Of a stretch of DNA of 64,000 nucleotides, positions 52,111 to 63,901 are shown in pieces. The position numbers were made by a program, and so were the translations under genes. The notes under the pieces are model-generated. The model was given only the letters and a program-made list of their open reading frames with translations, had not been told where the DNA came from and did not search any database. The DNA comes from Amoeboaphelidium protococcarum X5 (lineage: Eukaryota > Fungi > Aphelidiomycota). The stretch covers positions 82,241 through 146,240 of the forward strand of contig JALDTO010000137.1 in assembly GCA_023515725.1 (NCBI GenBank), read 5' to 3'. How positions within the stretch are numbered: the first letter of the stretch is position 1; each line of letters begins with the position of its first letter.

Positions 52111-52381
52111 AGTATTGTGTCTTTATTTCAGCATTAAATCATACAGTGATCATTATAAAGAGAAATTAAGTTGTATTTTCAAAGTGCAATGTTATAAATA
52201 GCATTTTACTTAGCCGCATCATCCTATCAATCATGCTGATGGTGATCAGTCGGGATCACAATGAAACAAACGAGACGAGGCGTGGCATTTAAGTTTAACT
52301 ACAGCGATAAATGTATAGTACAACGAAAGTCAACCATTATAAGTTGTCGTAGGATAGTGTATTTTCAATAAGCATAAGATG

Positions 52382-53983
52382 TCACTTTTTCTGGCACGAA
52401 ATGAATTCCTTCTTAAAAGGAGTGCTCGATAATCCTAAAGATTCTACCACGGTGTAGAATTCGTCAGTTCTCTTGTTAAGAAAGAAGCATACTCTTGACT
52501 TTAATTCTCTCAGGACCGTCTCCACCTTCTTTACAGATTCTTCATACTCCAGGTCACTGCCCATGTCTTATTGCGCATATTAGTCGTAATCTGCACGCAG
52601 CTATTCTACAATGTACTTTCGAATGTGACGCGGACGGAACTTTTCAATTAGATCCTATTAGGCAGAGACGCCGTCACTCATATGAATACCGACAAATTTC
52701 AGTACTTTACTCACACCATTCCAGGCATTGCTTCCATCGATGGAGGAAGCTGGTAAGATTAGCCAGTTTTTAGGATTTGGGAAAAACTTTAACCATAATT
52801 TTATCTAATCAGCATATATGGATCGCCCCAGATAAGCACCTTCTAACGCCATATGCAAATGGATAACATCATGCTCCATCAGCTTAGAGTCGGCATTTAT
52901 CTTTAGAGATTGGGGCAGCATACATCGAACTGTAGTGTCTTTCATCATGTCCTTGACCGAGTCTGGTGTGGGAACACCACTAAGAACAGGTCTGGCAATC
53001 TGATAACATTTCTCCAACTCTAAAGTCTCTTTTATGAACACATCCCTCATCTTTTTAGCAAAATCCATAGCCAACTCTGCCACTTTACGCCGTCTGAGTT
53101 ATACGGACTCTCCAGCAGCTTCAACCAACTGAATGAAACAATCTTACGTGCTCCATGCAGATTAAATGTCACATGTGGTCGCCTACCACTTCATGTTGAA
53201 TGCGGAGACTGCTCTTTCGTATGGATCTCTTACCAACACTACAATTTTGGCTTATGGTACGAAGAGAGATGCAAAGAACGGTGCTAATGGATTAGCCAAG
53301 TAATTTGGTACAGCTTCACCGCGAATTTGTTCATCACCATTTAAGCAGCTCACGAATTAGGAATCATACCATTCAAACATGCCATTTAAATCTTCCACAC
53401 CACTGGGCACCCAATAGCCGTCGTGATACTTGCTGTAGTTTTTTGCAGTAAGCATAAGCGGTAGAATAGCACTGAACACGTCCAACTCTTTACGGAATTG
53501 CGGCATTGATACAACACTGCCACCGACGCTACTGCTCCTCTCAGACTAGTACTTTTGGACATCTCGCAGGTAGGCACTGATAGACGACGTTCCGCTCTTC
53601 TGTGCGCCAATGATCAGGAAACGTGTGGGACATTGCATACGATAAGACAGACTGCTGAGGTTCAACATTTATGCAAAATTCTGAATTAAAGGAGGCAGAT
53701 CTTGACCTGTGCTTTGTAAGCTAGTCTTAAACTACAGCACCTTCTAGCGGTAATCATCATCTCCATCGTCGCTAATACGAAAGTTTCTCCTTTTGAAAGC
53801 TATTCTACTATTCTAGACAACACGGTCGCCACCCTCAGAAGGTCCATGTTGATCCACTGCGCGACCATGAAACAAGGCCTTACCGTACTGACTGAGAGAG
53901 CTTCTACCGACAAGTAGTACCAGGAGAAAGCTAACAAATAAAATTATTTTAATAACAGTCAAAGCTCGTCTTTTCAAAGCCAT
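52382..53983 (-). CDS. Type II membrane PAPS-dependent sulfotransferase (HS3ST/NDST-like domain), 533 aa
   Basis: N-terminal KRR plus TM. 5'-PSB motif FLIIGAQKSGTSS, GEAVPNYL, 3'-PB motif KIVVLVRDPYERAVS, then YADQIKLWLKFFP. Confidence 0.88.
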
Positions 53984-54212
53984 TACGGTAATTAAGTTGG
54001 TGAAAGTATAGTCTCTATGTATTTATGCAAACGTAGCGATCGTGACTAAACGATTGTACACAACGCTCGCGTGATTTGAAGTTTCAACTCTACTCAGCCA
54101 CACGTCAATTCGACTTGCAATTGGAAGACATAGTAATGTAAATATAAAAATTAAGTTTATAAAAAGACACGACTTATATCTGTGTAAGTCAAAAAGCACG
54201 ATCAGTATTAAG

Positions 54213-55343
54213 TCATGAAGTGTATTCAGATGGCATAATGTCACCTTCAATGCCAGCGATAAGGTTTCTCACAGCCAGATCTGACATCATCTCGCGCGTC
54301 TCAATCGTTGCACTACTGATATGCGGTAATATCAAGACTTTCCCACTTTCAATCATGCCGATTAGAGGATGATCACGGGGTAGAGGTTCAGGGTCAGTCA
54401 CATCCAGAGCAGCTCCAGCGATAGTTCCCTATTGCAGAGCTTGTACCAGACTGTCAGTGTCCACGATTCCACCCCTTGCGCAGTTGATCAGAACAGCACT
54501 TGATTTCATGAGGGAGAAAGCCTCACTATTAAACACCTGGCGAGTTTTATCATTGAGGGCACTAGTAATGATCACCACATCTGATTTCTACAATAACTCA
54601 ACAAAATCCACTTTTCTCACTTCATTTAACTGAAAATACTAGCCAATAGTCTTGAGTCGCTCTTCGACATTCTACTTGCTCCATTACGTACATTCATCAA
54701 CTTTAGGTGTAGATTGTTAGTTGGTATCAAAACCGGAGTTAGAGCCAGCATTAAAGTCGCGGTTTGTAGACAACGATGATGAAGAGTCGGTGTATAAGAT
54801 ACTACCCACACCGAAAGCCAGCAATCTTTCAGCCGCAGCTTACCCAATTCTGCCCATACCAAAGAATCCTACAGTGATACCAGTCAACTGATGACCACAC
54901 ATCCAAGTAGGATCGAACGAGCTAAATGACGCGGTGGTAACACTCTTGACAGCCTCCACGAATCTACGATAATGAGCAAGTAAAAGAGCGACACACAGGT
55001 CAGCACAAGCATCTGTTAGAACATCAGGTGTATATCCAACTCGAACATTTGAATTTGGTCCACTTTCGCCACGCTAAAACTGAATATGATCAACACCAAC
55101 ACTCAGGGAAGAGACAACCTTCAATTGAGGACCACACTCGCGTATCAGCTCATCATCAATCTTATCGTTAATTACACACAAAAGACCGACAGCTCCCTTC
55201 ACCTGTCTGAGTAGTTCACTTCTGCTCATTGCACAATTCGCCGTGTGTTGAACCAAATCATAGCGATCCCTCAGCGATTCCAACTTGTTCTAAGCCTATG
55301 GTGTAAGCTTACGCGTAGCTACAATTTTCTACTTGGATGACAT
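54213..55343 (-). CDS. GRHPR: Glyoxylate/hydroxypyruvate reductase (D-2-hydroxyacid dehydrogenase), 376 aa
   Basis: [63 protein letters not shown]. Confidence 0.92.
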
Positions 55344-55563
55344 TACTCTCTTGTAGTTAATAAAACGATTCTCTTCACCAATAAATCTCACCAAGCCGAT
55401 CTCGCTCGCTCTCTTTCCCCTTTGAAAGATTCTTCAGCGAGATCAGTCAGAGATTAGTGATTACTAAGAGGGGCACCTGGCGATTATTCTAATCTATCTT
55501 ATCTTAATTTTAGTACTCTACTCTACTCTCTGCGTAAATAAAGTATAAGAAAGCTGTGAATAT

Positions 55564-57360
55564 ATGTCAGGACATCAATTGCAGTAGTGGAGGTAGAGCT
55601 GTCTCGCTTGCTAGAATATACCTGGTGTTGGAATAGCCACCCTCTGGCCGTGTCTATTTGGAATAGATCTGAAGCAGAAGCGTGAATAGTACCGTTAGAC
55701 TAAGAACGAACTTAATGACAAATTATCTAATGATAGCGATGCTAATGCTATTGATGATCCGCTATCAGATGACATTTCATCTAAATGGAATATGCAGCAT
55801 CAGCATGATCAACTCCGTGAGACTATTCTACTGGACGTGACCAGGACATTTCCCGATTTCAACTTCTTTAGGCTGGATTCAACTCATCAATTGATGGTCG
55901 AGATTCTGTTTACATGGTGTATATTGCGATATAGTAATAATGATAAGGATATCTCTGGTAACAGCAATGTTAATCGTGTTATTGATAAAGATTTTGGGTA
56001 TAGACAAGGTATGCATGAGATTCTGGCACCTATATTATTCCATCTAGATTTGGAGCAGCGTGTCGCGGGTGAGGATGATGAGGCTTTAGATTTAGAAGCT
56101 GATGGTTATGTTCTATTTGATTAGCTGATGCAAAGTCTATGTCAGCTCTACAATTATCATAATAACTGTAAGACATCTCAAGTGAATTCTTAGTTTTCTA
56201 CTAGAAATAATAATAATGCTTTGAAGGGAGACATTGAAGTTGAACATTTACCGTTCTAGAATTCAAAAAATGGTGGTGGTATCAGTAAATAGAGAACTTT
56301 ATTACTCGAGACGTGTGATCGAATTTAGAATCAATATCTGCGCTTACTTGATCCTGAACTTTATCAAGTGATTGTTCAGAATTAGATTGAACCCTCGATT
56401 TACATGATTCGATGGTTGAAGTTGCTATTTGGACGTGAAGTCTCATTTGAACTGATTCCCATTCTATGGAGTGCTCTGATAGCTGATAATTGCTCTAATC
56501 TGTTGAGTCTTAGTGAATGGATCTGTATCTCTTTAATACTGCTAAATCGAGATGCATTGATTTAGTTTAGAGATGATCAGATTATGGTTATGCAGATTCT
56601 GATGAAGAGTAAAGAAGTGTTGGATGTCGAGTTATTGGTTTAGAATGCTCTAATGTACAGAGATTAATACTAGTCACTTGACAAGACCAAGGTCAAGTCT
56701 ATAGATTATCAACCGGCCGCTGAGAGACGAAAGCCTGTGTAATAGTAATAAGAGTAGTCGCAAGGTAGAACTGATGTTTGGCAAAGTACATAAGACTTGC
56801 TGTAAAAGGCTGTAAGAAAGACATTGGTAGAGCCGCTGTTATTGGGAGGCTCACGAAATACTGTGCCTGGTAAAGCTACGCTGTCTGATGGACACGCATC
56901 TGCTGCCATTGAACGTCTATAATTGTAACCATCTCCTCCGATAGATGCACGAACTACTACACATAATCTGAGAGTCATAGATCCAGTTATTTTGTAAGAT
57001 AGCTGTGAGCAATTGCGATCGTCGATTGTAGCAGTGGAGTAGATTGTTCAGGATATTCGAATTGATAAGGATAAAGAGTAGATCATTGCAGATTTAGAAA
57101 GTCATTGTGCATTATTGAAATCACTTTTGCGTACCTTATCTACTGAGGGAGACAATGATAGTTTTAATGAGGGTGTATCTCATTAGAATGGCAATGTTGG
57201 ATCTTCAATGCCATTCAAAACTACCGTGTCTTCTCCAAATAATGGCTTAAAGAAGTAAAATGGCGGTATCTATCCAAGTTCTATTGAAGATATTACAAGA
57301 GAAGTGAACAACAGGAATAGCAATTCTCCTGCTAAATCAAGGCTGTTCAACTTACTTTGA
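55564..57360 (+). CDS. TBC-domain Rab GTPase-activating protein (TBC1D5-like), 598 aa
   Basis: ILLDVTRTFP (Arg finger), GYRQGMHEILAPI (Gln finger), IEPSIYMIRWLKLLFGRE. Confidence 0.88.
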
Positions 57361-57428
57361 TAATGGCCGTATTACATACATTTTTGTAGAATAGAGATAA
57401 AAACTTTAATATGTCATTCCCATTATTT

Positions 57429-60400
57429 TCATTTTTAACATGACCGTTTGTGCTTTAGAATATCTACAGGTTTCAAATAGAGAAGTTATTGACAACTAGA
57501 GCATTGATACTCTCGACATCCTTTCGGTACGGTGGTTGTAGCCGGCTATTATTATGAGCTTGCTTCGAATACACCTTACTAATTACCGACTTCCATCTCA
57601 GGTTGTTACTACTGCTTCTGCTAAAGTTATTAATTTGATTGACACTACACCAAGTGCTTCTAAACAAACTTTTCTTAAACCATATAATCTTTACAGCATA
57701 TGGGACAAGTCCAGGCAGATCGAGAATTTGCCATTTGACCAATTTGGCTCGTTGTGTCTACATTTGCTTTAGCGCGTTTACTCTTCTTGGTAGTTTATGA
57801 CTGGGATTAAGACCCATTAATATCCATATCATCGCTACCACTAACAATGAGAGGAAACTGAAGTGTGCCATAATTAAGGTATTCTGTCACACGATATCCA
57901 TATTTCAGTGCTTCTGGATTGCAAATCTGTTATAAAACTTACATCACTTCTTTTGACGGGCAATCAGACGGATAAAGGAGATCAGTATCTTAAGGCCGTA
58001 ATATATCCACTGAGTACTTGACTTTCATTCTCTCTATCATCACATCCATAGCCATAAATCTATCCAGTACTGACAATAAATCTTGTAATTTTACTTTACT
58101 CCGTTTATCCCAAGATTTCAGGTGTAAATCTAACAGCTATTGTGGTAGATATGGATACATCTCCTGAGGAATGGGATCAATTTAAGAACGCTTTTACCTC
58201 GAGGATGCACCACTGTAAACCTAGTTAATCTTGATTTGAGACAACTTCTCATCTGTCAAGCTCTATAAACAGGTTCGAGCCTCAGCAGTCAATTGTAATA
58301 ATTTCAAGACGCATTCACGAATGTTCAATCGATCCTACTCCAATTAATCCACATCCACTATAGATTAGCTAGTCATGCGACGATCATTCATAAAAGAGAC
58401 GATAATCCATTCATCAAATACGACATGAGATAGGGCAGTATTAGTATCGATGCTCTGACAGAATAGGAGCAGAGTTTACAACGCAGCAGCTTTGTATACA
58501 TTTACCAGATACGGCCGCCTAGTCTCCAGGACATTAAGATAACACAGAATTTCATGTTGCGCTTGCTTGTTAGGAAACTGTTGCTGATATGGTGATGCTT
58601 CATCTTTAGAGAAATTGTAAGAACTATCCGTCTACTGAGAGCGATCGACATCCATTGCAGCCAAATCAACATTACCCTCTTCAACATTCATTGAAGATAG
58701 ATTGCTATTGCTATTGACACTTTATTATTATTAATCGGACTTGACAGTACTAGTAGAAGCACTCAACCGCATGAAAGCAGAATTATCTTGAGCAAATGTT
58801 CCGCCAGGATGCATGACTAGCCGCTTTCGATGCTGTGAGTGATAAACGCGATTCTGTAAACTTCTCGCCGCATTTCCGCTATCTGGAATGGCAATATTAG
58901 GATACAATCCACTTGATAACACAAACTTCAATATATCCACGCTCTCCTCAGTAATAGTATTCTTATCATAACGATTTAAATCTTGAGCATACTTGTCCAC
59001 ATTTAACTTGTACGCGAATTCCAGCGAATGATAATCTTCAGCCTCAAGTTCAGCGTCTGCATCAGAGGAGTTCTCATTGTACTGTCTACTAATCTAATTA
59101 TCTCCAACTTCTCCTTCATCCTCTTTTGCCGCAGACTGTTATACCAGTGAGGAGGATGACTATCTGGAAGCATATTTCTACCTTTACATCAAACTCTACA
59201 GGACACGCTTCTCCGTATTTTGTCGCTGATACTTGTCGCGAACATTTAAATAAGTCCTCAGAATCTGTCTATACTAATGGACCAATTTGGATATCTCATA
59301 CAATCGATACTCATTAACACCATTACGCTTACACCATTTCTGACTGGTGGTGGATGAATTCTGATGTTTTGTACTCAACCACTGAATATAAACATTAAGC
59401 AGTGTAAATGGGTCTCCGTGCAGAGAGTAGAGAGATGATCTACTAGCAACCTATTCCGGAGTCAAATCAGCCGCGTTAAGTAGTGGAGATTGTTAAAGAG
59501 ACAGAGCGGCGGCCATGATCAGAACAGGCTCCACCACGTCAAATACTGAGCTCATTAAGAGCATTTTACCAATGATGACATCCACGGGTAGCATGGCGAG
59601 CATATACCCAATCGGTGTCAATTGACCAACTGAATCCAGAGCATCAACTCCATGCAGCAGCTTTAATGAATAATCTATATGATCAATTGGCGGTGGCTCT
59701 ACAAACTAGAAATTATACGGATCAATCCCAAGATCCATCTTTTTCATGCTCAAAATCACCTGGTCGAGGGATACTCTCATAATCTCTGGCACTGTATACT
59801 CATTCAGCCCGTCATACTCTTCCTCAGAGTACAAGCGAAAACAATATCCACTCTGAGTTCTCCCAGCTCTACCAGCTCTCTACTTTGCCGAGGCTTGAGA
59901 TATCCAAAACTCTGATAATTTGGACAGACGGCTCTGCAAGTCATAATCCATCTCTCGAGCAGTACCAGAATCAATGACGAATCGCACACCATCTATAGTG
60001 ATACTGGTCTCTGCAATATTAGTGGAAATGATGCATTTGCGGGCACCAGGTGGACACTGGACAAACACCTTGTCTTGATCCGAGATTGACAGGGCACTGT
60101 GCAGCTTCAGCGGTATCCACACGCCATTCTCATCAGCGTACTACTTGACTTTATTGTACAGTTTATTAATCTCCGCCACACCAGGCAAGAATATCAACAG
60201 ATCACCACTTTCATCAATGGGAACCTCTGATTCAATCCATTTAAGAATCTCCAAGTAATGGTTAGGATCAAAAATTTTATTCTGGGCTGGTATAGACTCT
60301 GGAATCCGCTATGATCGTCTTTACTATACCACTTTCCTATCTGTCAACTGCGCATCGTCAGTTTAGTCACCTGGTGCCAAGTACAGAATATCTACCGGGT

Positions 60401-61355
60401 GCAATCGACCAGGAACTTCAATCAAAGGCGCATTATCGAAATACTACTGGAATAGCTCTGCATTGATAGTGGCAGACATCAAAATCACCTTTAGATCCTT
60501 CCGCTTCTGACATATCAACTTTATAACACCAAGAAGGAAATCACAATTCAGGTGACGCTCATGCACCTCGTCTATAATCACAACATTGTACTGAGATAGT
60601 AAAGGATCACCATAAATCTGCTTAATCAAGATACCCTCAGTCACGAACAGAATCTGAGTAGCCTCCGATCTATCACTCTCAAATCTGATCTGGAATCCAA
60701 CCTCAGACTACAAAGTGCTCATACATTCATACTAGACGCGTTTACACAGAGACATGGCGGCAATTCTACGTGGTTGAGTCACTACAATTTTCTCAAATCC
60801 AGCCTCGCGAATATACTGCGGTACCTGAGTACTCTTACCAGCGGCAGTCTGAGCACTGATTACACAGACTTAATTCTCTTTAATCATATCGATAATCTAT
60901 TACTTGTACTGATAAATAGGTAAATTACGTCTACACTCTGCAATCGAGTCTCTACTCTCCTGAAGCTGCTCCATCTTGAACTCTTTATATAGATCCAAGC
61001 ATTACCGGACGCGTCCCATCTCAGTCGGAGGCACTTTGACTTTGACATCTGCCGGTCCTTGGTGGTCATCAGATAAATTGTACAGATAGCGTTCGTAAAA
61101 CTCTTGAAACTCGTAATACTCGGCAGAATTATATTTAATCTCAGACTGTTGGGATTAAAACAGTTCTCTATCTATCTGTTAAGACCAAGGCATCTAATCT
61201 CCCTTCATCCACTGCCGCTTCCTGCGTTCCCTTTAACGTCCAGTGATGATATCAGGTGTTGCTGTTCTACTCCCAGTTTATCCATCCTATTTCACCTTGA
61301 TGTACACTTTAGATCCATCTGGCAGATACCTAAATTCTTACTATTAATCTGCCAT
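57429..61355 (-). CDS. DHX34: DEAH-box RNA helicase DHX34-like, 1308 aa
   Basis: [62 protein letters not shown](TAG)-[16 protein letters not shown]-terminal PVDILKHK. Confidence 0.88.
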
Positions 61356-61557
61356 TCTATTCTTCGAAATATGAAAACTTTCTAATTACTAGAATTTATG
61401 GTTTTAAAAGTGACAAGAAGGAGGCACATGGGGAAAGAAGATGGTCAGATCTCTCTCTGATCTTTCAGAGTAAAGAAAATGACTCCAAATATATATATAG
61501 ATTAACAAATATCTATTTATTAAAATAACAAAATATATACAGTACGTACACACAAAG

Positions 61558-62607
61558 TCAAAAGTCTATAAAAGCGGCCCCATAGGCATCAGGAGAATTG
61601 TCGCCAATCTCCTGCGTGATGTCCACTTCTTCATACTTGTCAAAGTTGCGAGTATCACCGGCATGCTGGACATTGGGCCGAAACGGTGCTGCAATCTGCC
61701 GAGCTTCAAGACGCGAGAAATCGATCGACTTGAACCATTTGTGTTTCTTCACCTCCTCTGATCCACCGCGAAGATTTCCCAATCGCTTACTCTTGTCCGT
61801 GAGCAGTCGTTTCACCAAATCTTTCGCGTCCTTCTCAATCCAGTCGGTCCACGCGATGCGGCCGTCGAGAATCTTCTAATAAATGCCCATCGGAGAATCG
61901 TCAAGGAATGGCGGGAATCCGTTGATCATTTCGTAGATTAGCACGCCGAACGACCACCAGTCCACAGCTTTCCCATGACCAGAACTTTAAATAATTTCAG
62001 GCGGAAGGTATTCTACAAAATTACTGATAATTTCATTTAATAAATGATGATGAGCATATAGGTGAATAATCATCAAACAGCAAAACTTACCTGGAGTTCC
62101 ACATACTGTCCATGTTCGATCAAGCACAACTTTGGCGAAACCAAAATCTGCAATTTTAATGTGTCCCTCAGAATCTAGCAGCAAGTTCTCTGGCTTCAAA
62201 TCTCTATAGACAATAGACTTTGAGTGAATATATGCAATGGCACTAGCTATTTCTGCTGCATAAAATCGAGCCACTTCATTACTGAAACGGCCAGCCCGTC
62301 GAAGATGAGAGAACAATTCTCCTCCTGGTACATACTCTAGCAGAATGTAGACATTACGAGAGTCTTGAAAGTTGGCCATCATGTTCACTATGAATGGATG
62401 TCGCAGCATTGTCAGCACACTCTTTTCCGACTTTATATGTTCCACTTGTTTCAATCTGATAATTTCCGATTTCTTCAATATTTTAAGAGCGTAATACTAT
62501 GTGGAGTGAATTACAAGCATGACTCGACCAAAAGTTCCTGTTCCCAATGTGGACACATACTAAAAGTTATAAGGATTAAGCGGAACAGCCGCAGCAAGAA
62601 TATCCAT
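61558..62607 (-). CDS. cAMP-dependent protein kinase catalytic subunit (PKA-C/PRKX-like); intron 62013-62090
   Basis: [48 protein letters not shown]|[12 protein letters not shown]-terminal FIDF. Confidence 0.95.
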
Positions 62608-62788
62608 AAGCAATTAAAGATATTTGAATCAAATGCGGTTAGAAGAGGTAATAACAATCAGTTTGATACTGAAACAGAAAACAAAGAGAAACCAATCCAC
62701 CTTGGAAGTAAGTAAAGGCCCTGTAAAATATAATAACCAAGTAGAATAAATTTTCTATATATCAAATCAGCAAACCAAAAAATACATT

Positions 62789-63901
62789 TCACTGCTACTC
62801 TTCTTATTCGGCGTCTTATGCTGCTGCGTCTTCTTCCATATTCTTCAGTTTCTTCTGGATACGTTCCCACAGGAGGAGGAGCTCATTCTTCTGCTTTGGT
62901 TCAACAACCTCAAGCACGAACGTCTCCGTGACCATAGTTTGTGATACATTGAGATTAGTCATACTAGGCGAGTTGGCATTAGATGATGACGCTAGAGAGG
63001 AAGATGGTGCTTGGGTGGATGTAGAGGTGAACGAGTCAGCGATGCTAGGGCGCTAAGATAACACTCTATGACCCATTGACATTGATCGAGATAGAGTACC
63101 ATTCTTACCAGCTGACGGTCTCTTTTTCAGTTTGGTTGGCAGATTACCGATTCTCTCATTATCTGCGCCACCATCCACTTCTTCAGATAACGCCTCAGCA
63201 TTGTCAACCACGGAATCTTCGCCATTCTCGGCAGCATCTTCAACAATCGTTTGTTGCAGACTACTTGTACCAGAATCTACACTGGCTCTACCCGAGACTC
63301 TCCTTGGAGGCAGTGGAGGCAAAGGTAAAGGCGGTCGTCTAGGAAGCTGACTAGTTGCATCACTATCCTGATTGCGTTGTTAGTCTTAACCAGAGACCTC
63401 TTGCGCTGACTTTGCATCATCACTCAATTACACACCAAGTCCGGTGGACGCCACACTGTGAACAACAGCCGGACTCTAGGTGATTAGACCAGCTTCCATT
63501 GAGGTCTCAAATTTAATCTGCTCCATCATAGTGGGTATATCCGTTTTAGCGGGAACGAGCGAGCTTTATCTAGGCAAAGGGCGGTTGAAGTGTCCATGAC
63601 CAGTTATAGTGGTTGAACGTTTTAGTGATCCCTTTTCAATTGTCGGTAGAGTGACATTAGACAGGGATTACATACTTCCAGAGACTTCAGCATCCGCACG
63701 GTCAGATTCATTCTTCTGGGAAGATCCTTTCGATTTCAGCCTCTCCAGCGCCAACTTCTCGATATTAGCCAAATCAAGTGAGAATGAATCTGCAGCATTA
63801 GCCGACTTTGTCTATTTATCCTCCGCAGTTACATTAACATCGACAGTTTGTTTAACAGGGCTAGTTGGAGCGGATTATGCATTCTCCGCAACAGACGGCA
63901 G
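62789..63901 (-). CDS. 5'-truncated gene: ~370-codon disordered S/P-rich C-terminal region whose frame runs into the telomere
   Basis: Under TAR=Gln the frame is open from TGA 62789 to the repeats (..LPSVAENAQSAPTSPVKQ..RPPLPLPPLPPRR..LLLLWERIQKKLK..). The first in-frame ATG is at 63673. Confidence 0.7.

Noticed and set aside
62608-63901. Terminal ORF as an N-terminal extension of PKA-C
   Set aside because: It ends at TGA 62789 in a different frame and is followed by an AT-rich spacer. PKA has its own ATG at 62607.
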